From an uncultured Deinococcales bacterium (GTDB lineage Bacteria > Deinococcota > Deinococci > Deinococcales > JAAFIG01): DNA of 19,321 nucleotides. Shown piece after piece: positions 1 to 9,084 of the stretch; the stretch's first letter is position 1, and the number at the start of each line of letters is the position of its first letter. Where the stretch lies: the NCBI GenBank assembly GCA_964244895.1, contig CAXTKV010000092.1, positions 1 to 19,321 on the forward strand, in the 5' to 3' direction. The position numbers and the translations under genes are program-made. The notes beneath the pieces are model-generated. The model searched no databases and had not been told where the DNA came from. It worked only from the letters and a program-made list of their open reading frames with translations.

Positions 1-846
1 CAGGTCGCGGTGGTGGTGGCGCAACCGGCCAAACCCGCCGGGCGCGGCTTGAAGCTGACGCCGCCGCCCGTGGCAGTGCGGGCGCGGGAGTTGGGCTTGG
101 GGCTCGAGCAACCCGCGAAGTTGCGGAAGAACCCGGAGTTTGAGGCTCGGTTGCGGGATTCCGGCGCGCAGGTGGCGGTCACGTGCGCTTACGGGAAAAT
201 CTTGCCGCAGTCCGTGCTGGACGTGCCAGCGCACGGTTTCTTGAACGTTCACACGTCCTTGCTGCCAAAATTTCGGGGTGCGGCTCCGATCCAGTGGGCG
301 CTCATCGAGGGCGAATCCGCGACGGGCGTGACGATCATGCAGACGGACGCGGGGTTGGACACAGGCCCGATTCTGTTGCAGGAATCCTTGCCTATCGGCC
401 CGGATGAAACTTCGTTGGAACTCGCGCCCAGGCTCGCCAATCTGGGTGCGCGCTTGATCGTGGACGCCCTCGAGCGCCTGGACGAACTCGAGCGCGCGCC
501 GCAGGACGATTCCCAGGCGACCCTCGCGCGCTTGCTCGAGAAGGACGATGGGCGCGTGATCTGGACGGATTCGGCCAGTGCCATTTACGACCGCTACCGG
601 GGCGTGGCGGGCTGGCCTGGGTCGTTCTTCGAGCTGGCCGGGAAGCGCGTCAAATTGCTCGAGATGCGCCCGACGAACGGTTCCGGCGCGTCCGGTACGG
701 TGCTTTCGCTCGAGGACGGCGTGAGGGTCGCGGTAGGGGAGGGCGCAATTACTTTGCACACCGTCCAGCCCGAGGGCAAACCCCGCATGAGCGCACTGGA
801 CTGGGCCAGGGGCTATCAGGTCAAACCGGGCGCGAGGCTCGAGTAA
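1..846 (+). CDS. fmt: Methionyl-tRNA formyltransferase (5' end lies upstream of the window)
   Basis: Frame is open from base 1 (QVAVVVAQP..). Motifs QPxKPAGRG, AYGKILP, NVHTSLLPKFRGAAPIQWAL, TGVTIMQTDAGLDTG and the C-terminal VQPEGKPRM are typical of Fmt. Confidence 0.96.
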   Translation, partial: QVAVVVAQPAKPAGRGLKLTPPPVAVRARELGLGLEQPAKLRKNPEFEARLRDSGAQVAVTCAYGKILPQSVLDVPAHGFLNVHTSLLPKFRGAAPIQWALIEGESATGVTIMQTDAGLDTGPILLQESLPIGPDETSLELAPRLANLGARLIVDALERLDELERAPQDDSQATLARLLEKDDGRVIWTDSASAIYDRYRGVAGWPGSFFELAGKRVKLLEMRPTNGSGASGTVLSLEDGVRVAVGEGAITLHTVQPEGKPRMSALDWARGYQVKPGARLE

Positions 847-891
847 ACACTGTCCCGTGCGCATATTCTGATTTGCGTGCTGGACGGTGTT
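846..891. repeat. 46-bp palindromic intergenic element, copy 1 (17-12-17)
   Basis: aacactgtcccgtgcgc-atattctgattt-gcgtgctggacggtgtt, overlapping the last base of the fmt stop codon. Confidence 0.9.
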
Positions 892-1002
892 CTTGAAGTT
901 TTAGTGGTAACTCAGGCGGCAGCCGCCCGGTGTTGGCCAATGACGCGGAAATCGCTGCAAACGGAATGAACGGGTCTCGCTCGCATCATCTGCTTTCAGA
1001 TT

Positions 1003-1008
1003 TAGAAT
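1003..1008 (+). promoter_or_regulatory. -10 element (TAGAAT), probable leaderless start
   Basis: TANNNT 6 nt upstream of ATG 1015; no Shine-Dalgarno sequence. Confidence 0.65.
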
Positions 1009-1014
1009 TCCGGC

Positions 1015-1941
1015 ATGAACCAGACCATGACGGCTTTGCCGGGTGTGCGCGTCGGGCAGTGGACGGACGTTGAGGCGCGCACGGGTTGCACGGTGATTCT
1101 GATGCCGCCGGGTGGCGCGGTCGCGTCGTGCGACGTGCGCGGTAACGCGCCGGGCACGAGGGAAACGGCGCTTCTGGAACCGACCAAAGCGGTCGAGCGC
1201 GTCCACGCGATCCTGCTTTCGGGTGGCAGCGCCTTCGGGTTGGCGGCGGCCTCTGGGGTGATGGAGTTCCTGGAAGGGATCGGTGAGGGCGTGCCGACGC
1301 CATCCGGAAGCGTGCCGATCGTGCCGAGCGCCGTGATCTACGACCTGTACGTGGGGCGCTCGGATGTGCGTCCGGGGCACGCGCAGGGGCTCGAGGTGGC
1401 GCGGATCGCGTCGGGTGATGTCGTGGAGGGTGGTCGCGTCGGGGCGGGTGCGGGCGGGATGTGTGGCAAGTACCTGGGGCTTGCGGGCGCGGAACCGGGT
1501 GGTCTGGGGCACGCGCTTCTCGAGTTCGCTGGCGTGCGGCTCGTGGCGCTCGCCGTGGTGAACCCGTCGGGGGATGTGGTGGACGCGTCCGGGCGCGTCT
1601 TGGCGGGCGCGCACCTCGATGATGGGACGCGCCCGACGACCCAGGAGCGTCTCGAGGCCTACGCGCGCTGGGGTCGGATGCGCTATGCGGAGACGACCAA
1701 CACCACGCTCGTCGCGGTTGGGACGGACGCACCGCTCTCGAAGGTGGACTGCAAAAGGCTGGCGGAGGCAGCCCAGGCGGGCATCTCGCGCGCCACGCAC
1801 CCGTCGCAGACGATGGGTGATGGGGACGTGGCGTTCGCGTTCTCGGTGGGTGGCGGCCCTGAGCTTCCCGTGATCGCGCTCGCGGCGGCGGTTCAGGACG
1901 TGGTGGCGGAAGCCGTGTGGGACGCTGTGCGACCGCGTTAA
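1015..1941 (+). CDS. P1 family (DmpA-like, peptidase S58) aminopeptidase/amidohydrolase
   Basis: Motifs TGCTVI, DVRGNAPGTRET, HAILLSGGSAFGL, VPIVP, NTT (autoprocessing site) and DGDVAF. Confidence 0.9.
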   Translation: MNQTMTALPGVRVGQWTDVEARTGCTVILMPPGGAVASCDVRGNAPGTRETALLEPTKAVERVHAILLSGGSAFGLAAASGVMEFLEGIGEGVPTPSGSVPIVPSAVIYDLYVGRSDVRPGHAQGLEVARIASGDVVEGGRVGAGAGGMCGKYLGLAGAEPGGLGHALLEFAGVRLVALAVVNPSGDVVDASGRVLAGAHLDDGTRPTTQERLEAYARWGRMRYAETTNTTLVAVGTDAPLSKVDCKRLAEAAQAGISRATHPSQTMGDGDVAFAFSVGGGPELPVIALAAAVQDVVAEAVWDAVRPR

Positions 1942-1949
1942 GCGTGAAA

Positions 1950-1995
1950 AACACCGTCCAGCACGCATTTTTAGGAACGCGCGCTGGACGGTGTT
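1950..1995. repeat. 46-bp palindromic element, copy 2
   Basis: aacaccgtccagcacgc-atttttaggaac-gcgcgctggacggtgtt, 8 nt after the peptidase stop. Confidence 0.92.
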
Positions 1996-2239
1996 CTCAA
2001 CGAGCGGCATCCAGCTTGGGGCTCGAGCGTTCTCATGAGGCTTTGGGCGCGGCGGCTGCGGAACGGAGTTCGGACGGGCGCGGCATTTCGTCACACCGAC
2101 AAAGGCTACAAGCCGCTAAAGTCGGTTCTGGGGTTTCGATGGTTCACCACCACGGCGCGATTCGTTCCGAAAAGGAACGGCGCGCGGCACGAGCCGACCC
2201 TGGCGAGACAGGTTGTCCCGCGACCCGGATGGAGCGTTC

Positions 2240-3262
2240 ATGGCGAACAAGGTGTACCTGACAGTCTGCGATGCCCTCAGCTTGATCGTCTCGAGGCGGG
2301 CGGCTGAAAACATCGTCCGGGACGCGCTCGCCCTCTCGGGGCTGGACGCCGACCGGATCACGGTGCGCGAAATGCAGGATCTGTTGCGCGGTCGGATTTT
2401 TGCGCGCTTGCAGACGATCATGCCGGTCGCTCAGGCGCGCGGCGAGATCAAGGTGCTGCTCGCCAAGCTCGATGCCAACGCCCGAACCGTCCTGCCGTTG
2501 ACGCCGGAAGTGCTGGAGGGTCTGGAGGCGCTCAGCGCCGAATTCGCGCCGTTCGTCAGCATGGATCATCCCAGGGTCGATACCCTCCGGGTGGGCATCG
2601 AGACGCTGCCCGATTCGCCCGACCCGATCAAGGCGCTGAACGCGTTGTGGACGGAACTCGATTTGTTGCAGCAAGAATCGGGCCTGGGCCGCCGAGATGA
2701 CGATCCTTTCGGCGAGCCCGACGGGGAATTCGAGGGTGTGGATCTCGATTTTCTCGAGGCCGAATTTGCGCGAGAGGATTCGCAGGTTTCACGACACGCC
2801 GAGCCGCAGATTTCACAGATGGATTCTGCGCTGCCTGTGCCAGCGCTGCCCGTTTCAGTACAGCCCGTTTCAGCGCAGGCCGTTTCAGAGCAGGCCGCTC
2901 CGACCGCCGTGCTGACTCGCGCTCGAGCCCGGCAGCTCGGCACGCCGGAAGTCCAGGATCGGTTGCTGTCGCGTTTCGCGCTCGAGGAGGGCGTGCTGGG
3001 CGTCGCGCTGACGGATCGAACCGGAGGCGTCGTTCAGGCCAGGTTGCCGGACGGGGAATCCACCGAACTGGCCGGTGTCACCGCCGCCACCGTGATGCTT
3101 TTGGGTAAGCACAGAACCTTCGAGGTCTTCTACGCCAACCTCAACGACGCCAGCGTCTTTATTGCACCGATCGAAGATCTGTTACTGACCGTCCTGGCCG
3201 ACGCGCACGTCAACGTCGGTCGCGTGCTGTCCGAGATCAAGACGATCAAGGAGGAATTATGA
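2240..3262 (+). CDS. Roadblock/LC7 (MglB-like) domain protein with N-terminal helical domain and acidic linker
   Basis: ATG 2240 preceded by GGAG (2231-2234), preferred over the track start 2213. The C-terminal ~100 aa (EEGVLGVALTDRTGGVV...VFIAPIEDLLLTVLADAHVNVGRVLSEIK) fits the Roadblock alpha-beta-beta-alpha-beta-beta-beta-alpha pattern. Confidence 0.8.
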   Translation: MANKVYLTVCDALSLIVSRRAAENIVRDALALSGLDADRITVREMQDLLRGRIFARLQTIMPVAQARGEIKVLLAKLDANARTVLPLTPEVLEGLEALSAEFAPFVSMDHPRVDTLRVGIETLPDSPDPIKALNALWTELDLLQQESGLGRRDDDPFGEPDGEFEGVDLDFLEAEFAREDSQVSRHAEPQISQMDSALPVPALPVSVQPVSAQAVSEQAAPTAVLTRARARQLGTPEVQDRLLSRFALEEGVLGVALTDRTGGVVQARLPDGESTELAGVTAATVMLLGKHRTFEVFYANLNDASVFIAPIEDLLLTVLADAHVNVGRVLSEIKTIKEEL

Positions 3263-5184
3263 ACCACCGCACCGGATCAGTCCCAATAGCTGCCCTGCCC
3301 ATCAATCGAAGCCTTCGTCGGGTCGCTGCATGGCTCAGCCTGGTGATCGCCGCCAACCTGGTCGCGGGTCACTTCGGCGCTGCGCTGGCTCAGGGCGCGA
3401 GCCCCGACCTGATCGCCGGGTACCGATCCATCGCCGGATCGCTGTCCGTGGCCCGCTCGAGCCTGGCCAACGACCCGGCGGGTTCCCTGAGCCGGGTCGA
3501 AGCGGCACAGAACACCTTCCGGGGCCTGTCGTCCCAGTTGCGCTCGCAGCAGTTGATCGAGGGTGCGACCCAGGCCTTCTCGAACGCCAAGACCGCCATC
3601 GGTCAGCGCAGCGGCCTGAACCTGAGCGCGCAGATCACGCAGGTCACCAGCATCCTTCAGCGCGCCCTGTACGACCGTTACTTCACCGAACTGGCCTCCG
3701 GTCGGGCCGCCAGCGCCGCGCGGTACGCGAACACGCTGGGCAGCCTGCTGGGCTTGCAGCAACCCGCCCAGGTGTCCTTGCGCCAAGCGACCACCGCCAA
3801 CAACGCCGTGCGCGCCCGCTCGATCCTCGAGAACCGCGTGGCCGAACAGATCGTCGGCTCGCTGACCAAGGCGCAATCCTCGGATCGGACAGTGGCGTTT
3901 CAGAACGCCGTCAACGCCGCCGGATCGTTCTTGATCGTGCAGGATTCGCCGCGCGTCGGCGACATGACGGTCGGCGAGTTCAACGGTGCGATCGTGGCCT
4001 TGACGGGCGGCGACACCGCCACCTTCCGTTCGACCACCGCCAGCCTGATCGGCAAGACGACCGCTTTCGCGCAGCGCGCCCGTTCGATGGCCGCGACCGC
4101 CCCGGCAATCAATCCCGCGCCGACCGTCATCGCGAAGCCCATCGTTAAACCCGCGACCAAACCCGTCGCCAAACCCACCGCCAAACCCGCGACCGCAGCC
4201 AAACCATCCGCTCAGCCCGATCCGGCACCGAAGGTCGCACCCGTGGCCTCCAAGCCTGTCGCGGTTCCGGTCGCGCCCGCAGCGCCATTGAACAACCTGG
4301 CGCGTCAGGAATTGATCAAGGCTGGCGTCAACGCAGAAGATGCCGCCAGCAAAGCCGCCGACCTGGCCGCCCAGGGTTACGGTAGCCTTCAGTCCGCCAC
4401 CGACGCCCTCTACGTGCAGCTTGCCGAGGCGCAGGCGCGCATTCAGGACGGACGCAGCGCCGATGCCCGAGGCTACATGGATGCGGCCAAGATGGTCTTC
4501 GTCAAAGCCGTGCAGCCTTCCCTGGAGGCCGTACAACCCGATCTGAGCGCTCGCGCGACCCGACTCTTCGAGGCCAGCGCTTCCGCGCCCGGATTGCGCA
4601 CGGTCGACATCGGTACGCTCATGACCGAGGTGGACAGCATCCGTGGAGCCTTCAAGGGTCAACCCTCGAGCGGCCTTCAGGGTTTGATCGCGGCGGTGCA
4701 GCCGTTGTGGTTGCAGATCAGGGGCGGTTTGTTCCTGGTGATCGCGCTGGCCTTCGCCTACCCGATTTACCTGCTCACGCTGGCCTTCGGCGGGCGCAAC
4801 CCGTACTGGCGTTACATCATGGTCTCGATGATCCTGCTGTTCATCCCGACCCTTTTAGAGGGCATCGCCTGGTTGGGATCGTTGTTGGCGCAGGGCACGG
4901 GATTGAACGTCTTCGATGGGCTTTCCTCGCTGTCGATCTTGCAGAACCCGTTGATGCAGATCGTCTGGGCGATCACGCTGGTGCTGACCGTGATCTTCGC
5001 GACGCTCGGGTTTTACGGCATCGCGCAGCAGTTCGGGTTGATCCGCACGCGCCACGAACCCGCCCCGGCCATGACCGCCATGGAAACCACGCCCTCCGGT
5101 GGGCGCATGACGGGCGCGGCTCGCAACCCGACCGATCCCGGCTTGAGCGACAAGACGGTCGTGGAATGGGACGAAGAATTCTGA
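3259..5184 (+). CDS. Hypothetical membrane protein: signal peptide, two Ala-rich helical regions, Pro/Lys/Ala linker, ~3 C-terminal TM helices, acidic tail
   Basis: ATGA overlap with the upstream stop and AGGAGG RBS. RR plus hydrophobic stretch ending ALA-Q; hydrophobic segments from GLFLVIALAF onward; ends VVEWDEEF. Confidence 0.82.
   Translation: MNHRTGSVPIAALPINRSLRRVAAWLSLVIAANLVAGHFGAALAQGASPDLIAGYRSIAGSLSVARSSLANDPAGSLSRVEAAQNTFRGLSSQLRSQQLIEGATQAFSNAKTAIGQRSGLNLSAQITQVTSILQRALYDRYFTELASGRAASAARYANTLGSLLGLQQPAQVSLRQATTANNAVRARSILENRVAEQIVGSLTKAQSSDRTVAFQNAVNAAGSFLIVQDSPRVGDMTVGEFNGAIVALTGGDTATFRSTTASLIGKTTAFAQRARSMAATAPAINPAPTVIAKPIVKPATKPVAKPTAKPATAAKPSAQPDPAPKVAPVASKPVAVPVAPAAPLNNLARQELIKAGVNAEDAASKAADLAAQGYGSLQSATDALYVQLAEAQARIQDGRSADARGYMDAAKMVFVKAVQPSLEAVQPDLSARATRLFEASASAPGLRTVDIGTLMTEVDSIRGAFKGQPSSGLQGLIAAVQPLWLQIRGGLFLVIALAFAYPIYLLTLAFGGRNPYWRYIMVSMILLFIPTLLEGIAWLGSLLAQGTGLNVFDGLSSLSILQNPLMQIVWAITLVLTVIFATLGFYGIAQQFGLIRTRHEPAPAMTAMETTPSGGRMTGAARNPTDPGLSDKTVVEWDEEF
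4135..4206 (+). repeat. Imperfect 12-bp coding tandem repeat (KPxx linker)
   Basis: aaacccNNNNNN units encoding KPIVKPATKPVAKPTAKPATAAKP. Confidence 0.75.
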
Positions 5185-5195
5185 ACCTTCGCATG

Positions 5196-5241
5196 AACAC
5201 CGTCCAGCACGCAATATCAGGATGTCGTGCTGGACGGTGTC
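5196..5241. repeat. 46-bp palindromic element, copy 3
   Basis: aacaccgtccagcacgc-aatatcaggatg-tcgtgctggacggtgtc, 11 nt after the stop at 5184. Confidence 0.92.
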
Positions 5242-5352
5242 GTCGCTCGGCTGGCTCGAACGCGGTCTTCGGGCGCCCACCGGATAGACTGAGAACTCGA
5301 GCCAGAGCGCTCAGTTCGTGAAGCTCGAGAAACGCATCGGTTCGGAGGTGTC

Positions 5353-8300
5353 GTGAACGCAATCTACGAGGCAACCGTCAAACTGCTCGGCAGCGACCTG
5401 CCGACGCCAACGTTGCAACAAAGCCTCACCGAGGGCCTGAGCCGTCTGGGGCGCGATGAAACCAGCGTCAATTTCCGCGACATGGAAAAAGTGCTGAAAT
5501 CGAGCGTCTACAGGCAACTTCAGGTTCACCTGCCCGCCGCCGCCGCCAAAAACCGCATCCAGCAGGTCATCACCAAGCTCGAAGAGTTCGACACGCCGGA
5601 CAACAACCCGAGTTCGACCAGCATCCAGAGCGCACTCGAACACCAGGGTCAGACGGTCACAGCTTTAGAGGATGCGCTCAAACGTTTCAACCTGTACTTC
5701 GAGTGGCCCGAAGTCCAGAAGTTCCGCTCTCAGCTTCAGGTGATTCGCGCCCAGCACAGCGCCGCCAAGGCCGTGCCGGATTTGCTGAAAAACGCTCAGG
5801 ATCAACTCGATGCGCTCGAACGGCGCTTGCAGGAACTGCTGGTGCGCCAGGCGCGCGACCTGGCCGAATTGCAGGCCGATCTCGAGCGCGTGCGCTCCAT
5901 CGGTGGGCCGCGCATCAAACGCCTCCAGGCGATGATCACCGAGATCACGCAGGCGCAGACCTCCAGCACGCTCGCGCCCGCCGAGGTCGAACGCGCCCGC
6001 AAGATGGCGATCGATCTCAGGAAGCTGGTCGAATCCTCGGTGGTCAGCGCCGCCGTCGATGACGCCATCGAAGTCGACGAGACGCCCGCGCCAGCTCCCA
6101 AGCACAACACCGCAGAATTTCTGCTGGATGTCGAATTCGCCTCCGACGATCCGGAATTCCAGTTGGATTTCACCGACCTCAGCCCCGAGCAGTCCGAGCG
6201 CGTGCGCGAGATCGACCTCAAAGAAGAATCGCGCGCCCTGGACGGACTGGATGTCGAATACCGCGCGGTGCTCGAGGGCACGCCCGAACTGGTCGCGAGC
6301 CTCGCGGCGCTGCGCGAACGCAACCGCGACCGCGAATTGCTGGGGTCGGAGCTCGAGGCCGTCCGCCAGAGCCTTCAGGATCGGCGCACCGCCATCCTGG
6401 CAGCGCAATTGGCGCGGCTCGAGAGCGTCCAGCCGCTGCTGGATCGCTACGGTCAGGCCGGACTGGATACCGGCGAAGCCCAACTGACGGTTTCGGTCGC
6501 GTCCGGCATGGTGGCTGCGGGTGTGCTGGCCAGCGACGATCTCAAAACCCTCGAAGACCTGCTGCGCACCTTAGAGCGTCAGTACGAGGAGCGCCTGCGG
6601 GCCCGCGCCGAAGAACAGGCGCGCCTGGAACGCTTGCTGTTGCGCCAGGAATCGATCCTGGCCGAGATGCGTTCCGCCGGGAGCGCCTTCGCCTCGCTCG
6701 GGCAGGCGACCACCGCCAATTTCGTCACCCGCCTGGGGGAACTCGAATCTGAGACGCGCGCCCGGATCGTGCGCGAAGACCTCTCGCGCAACCTGGTCGA
6801 GGAATCCAAGAACCTTCAACTCGAACTCGACAAGCGCGAAGTCGAAGCCCGCTCGGAGGCCGCGAGACGCGAAGCTCAGGCCCGCCTGGAGGCCGAAGCC
6901 CGCATCGCGGAACAGCGCGCCGAGGTCGAACGGGCCGAACGCGAAACCGAGATCCGTCTGGAAGCTGAACGCCGCGAGGCCGAACGCCTGGAAGCCGAAC
7001 GCAAAGATCAGCTTCAGCGCGAATCTGGAGCGCTGCGCGGCATGCGCGTCAGCCTGTCGTCCCTGCCAGATTTGCCCGAACTGAGCGTCAAAACCCAGGC
7101 GCTCGAGGCGCGCTTCAACCAGGCCGCCAACGCCCTGGAAGCCGAACAATCGCTCGGTGACGAACTGAGTACCCTACAGACCGAGTTGCAGGAACTGGCC
7201 AGCGATTACAACCTGACGTTCGGGGATCGGCTCTCGGATTTTGAAACCCAAGCCCGTGTTCAGGGTGCGAACGAGGTGCTGACGCAGGTGCAGTCCAGCC
7301 GCGAACAGCTTCAGGCGGGTCTCTACCCCGACCTGAGCGCCATCGAATCCGGTTTGCGCTCGCACCGCGAGTTGCGCCTCAACGCGCAACGGCGCGAACT
7401 GGCCGAACTCGAGGCGGCCTCGCGCGAGTACGCGATCCTGCCGGACGCGATGCCGCTTTTGACCGTGATCAATCAGGCGCGCGCCGGTCACGAACTCGGT
7501 GAGTTCGTGCAACTGGCCGAAGCCTGGGACGTGCTGGAATCCTTGCGCACCGCCGAGGAGCGCCGCCTTCAGGACTGGAGCGATCGCGTGGACGCGATCG
7601 CACTCGAGTTCGAGAACTACCGCCGCATGGGTGGCGAAACCGTCCGTCAGCTCGACCGATTGCTGGTCGCGTTGAACACCGAACGCGCCGTGACCCGGAT
7701 CGCGCCCGAAACCCGGCTGCGCTTGGAGCGCAACCTCTCCGAGGCCGAAGCCCTGATTTCCGCCGCTCGAGATGAACACGCCGCCGCCAGCGCGGTCGCG
7801 GCGGTGCTTTCCGACAGCACCAACCTCGAGGATTTGCTCGGTTTCTTCGATACGGTCGTACCGCAGTCCGCGCCGATCCCGGAACCGGAACCCGAACCTC
7901 AGGCGGTCAGTCAGCCAACGGTCGAACTCGAGCCGATGGTCGAAGCCGAACCTGAACCCGCCAAACTCGAGCCCACCGAAGCCGAACCCGTCCAGACTGA
8001 GCCCGTCCGCGCGGACGCCTCGAGCGTGCCGGAAGCCCTGCGCGCCTGGCTCGATCACCTCTCGACGGAACGCGGCGTCGGACAGGTCGCCCTGTTGCGC
8101 CTCGACGGTCATCTCGAGATCGGTCAGGTCGAAGGCCACGCTGAACTCGCGCGCTTGCTGACCGAAACGGAGCGCTACAACCAGGAACTCGCGCAGGAAC
8201 TGCACCGCAAACCCGCCCGTCTGACGACCGTCGAATTCGGCGGCGGTGCCCTGGTGACGGCCTTCCTGCGTTCACCCAGTGGGGATCGCGCGTTGATCGT

Positions 8301-8394
8301 GCGCCTGGAGGATGCGACCGCCTACAGCCGCGTGTTTTCCCAGTTGCTGCGCGATCACGACGACCTGAGCACCTGGGCTGCCGCTCACGGCTGA
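5353..8394 (+). CDS. Large helical/coiled-coil protein (1013 aa) with probable C-terminal Roadblock-like domain; paralog of 2240..3262
   Basis: GTG start with GGAGGT upstream; E/R/L/A/Q-rich heptad-like body; Pro/Glu linker; C-terminal ERGVGQVALLRLDG...RLTTVEFGGGALVTAFL...ALIVRL. No Walker A motif seen. Confidence 0.82.
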   Translation: MNAIYEATVKLLGSDLPTPTLQQSLTEGLSRLGRDETSVNFRDMEKVLKSSVYRQLQVHLPAAAAKNRIQQVITKLEEFDTPDNNPSSTSIQSALEHQGQTVTALEDALKRFNLYFEWPEVQKFRSQLQVIRAQHSAAKAVPDLLKNAQDQLDALERRLQELLVRQARDLAELQADLERVRSIGGPRIKRLQAMITEITQAQTSSTLAPAEVERARKMAIDLRKLVESSVVSAAVDDAIEVDETPAPAPKHNTAEFLLDVEFASDDPEFQLDFTDLSPEQSERVREIDLKEESRALDGLDVEYRAVLEGTPELVASLAALRERNRDRELLGSELEAVRQSLQDRRTAILAAQLARLESVQPLLDRYGQAGLDTGEAQLTVSVASGMVAAGVLASDDLKTLEDLLRTLERQYEERLRARAEEQARLERLLLRQESILAEMRSAGSAFASLGQATTANFVTRLGELESETRARIVREDLSRNLVEESKNLQLELDKREVEARSEAARREAQARLEAEARIAEQRAEVERAERETEIRLEAERREAERLEAERKDQLQRESGALRGMRVSLSSLPDLPELSVKTQALEARFNQAANALEAEQSLGDELSTLQTELQELASDYNLTFGDRLSDFETQARVQGANEVLTQVQSSREQLQAGLYPDLSAIESGLRSHRELRLNAQRRELAELEAASREYAILPDAMPLLTVINQARAGHELGEFVQLAEAWDVLESLRTAEERRLQDWSDRVDAIALEFENYRRMGGETVRQLDRLLVALNTERAVTRIAPETRLRLERNLSEAEALISAARDEHAAASAVAAVLSDSTNLEDLLGFFDTVVPQSAPIPEPEPEPQAVSQPTVELEPMVEAEPEPAKLEPTEAEPVQTEPVRADASSVPEALRAWLDHLSTERGVGQVALLRLDGHLEIGQVEGHAELARLLTETERYNQELAQELHRKPARLTTVEFGGGALVTAFLRSPSGDRALIVRLEDATAYSRVFSQLLRDHDDLSTWAAAHG

Positions 8395-8488
8395 AATCAT
8401 CGTCCAGGCAGAACCGGAACGTTTGACGTGCCCTCGTCTGATTCTGGGAAGTGTGCGCGCGCAATCAGTCACGATCAATGCCACCCCG

Positions 8489-9043
8489 TCAGTCACGTTT
8501 ATGAAGGCCATGCATGACCAGATCGATCAGACGGTCGATCTGGTTTTCGTCACTGGTGGCGAATGCGAGACCGTTCAATAAAATTAAGATGTCGAGCAGC
8601 TCAGCGTCCGAGCGGATTGCGTTTTCGCCTGGTTGGGCCGCGATCAACGTGCGAACGGCGTCGAGCACCACCACCAATGTCTGTCCGTAGGGGTTCCCGC
8701 CCTTGGCGATGACAGCGCGGAACACATCAGCCATGCCGTGCTTGACCGTCATAAATGCGACGAAAGCTTTCATCCACTCCCGAAAAGCGTCCTGGGGCGT
8801 GTACGAATTCAGAAGTTCGACGGCCAGCGCCCCGACCCGCTCGATTTCGTGACGGTGAACCGCTTCAACCAGCGCTTCGCGGGTGGGAAAGTGTCGGTAT
8901 AGCGTGGCGTTCCCCACTCCTGCATCTCTGGCGATTCCGTCCAGCGACGCCTCGGTGCCCAGTGCTGTGAAAGCGCGGAGCGCAGCCGTGAGGAGCTGTT
9001 CACGGCTGCGTTGCGCGTCGGCTCGTTTGGCTTTTGGTGTCAT
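8489..9043 (-). CDS. TetR/AcrR family transcriptional regulator
   Basis: N-terminal RADAQRSREQLLTAA...ASLDGIARDAGVGNATLYRHFPTREAL helix-turn-helix. Confidence 0.95.
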   Translation of the reverse strand: MTPKAKRADAQRSREQLLTAALRAFTALGTEASLDGIARDAGVGNATLYRHFPTREALVEAVHRHEIERVGALAVELLNSYTPQDAFREWMKAFVAFMTVKHGMADVFRAVIAKGGNPYGQTLVVVLDAVRTLIAAQPGENAIRSDAELLDILILLNGLAFATSDENQIDRLIDLVMHGLHKRD

Positions 9044-9064
9044 GGTCTGCCCCTAACTCTTTAC

Positions 9065-9084
9065 AAACGGGGAGCTCCCCGTTT
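9065..9084. promoter_or_regulatory. Perfect 20-bp palindrome, putative TetR operator
   Basis: aaacggggagctccccgttt, 21 nt upstream of the tetR ATG in the divergent region. Confidence 0.7.

Noticed and set aside
901..2094. Long antisense ORFs (397 aa, 322 aa)
   Set aside because: Shadows of the P1 peptidase in GC-rich DNA; Arg/Pro-rich with no motifs.
2095..2200. c-di-GMP-I riboswitch
   Set aside because: A GAAA-type hairpin is present but the conserved junction and receptor motifs are not.
1..3300. Apparent shift from G-rich to C-rich plus strand as an origin/terminus signal
   Set aside because: Impression only, not computed; can be explained by gene-specific codon and amino-acid usage, and no DnaA-box cluster or dif site is seen.
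3259..5184. FTR1 iron permease call
   Set aside because: Too few TM helices and no RExxE motifs.
3277..8205. Antisense ORFs of 461, 272, 192 and 343 aa
   Set aside because: Mirror frames of the well-formed plus-strand genes with no recognisable domains.
5353..8394. SMC/SbcC ATPase call for the 1013-aa protein
   Set aside because: No Walker A/B or signature motifs at either end.
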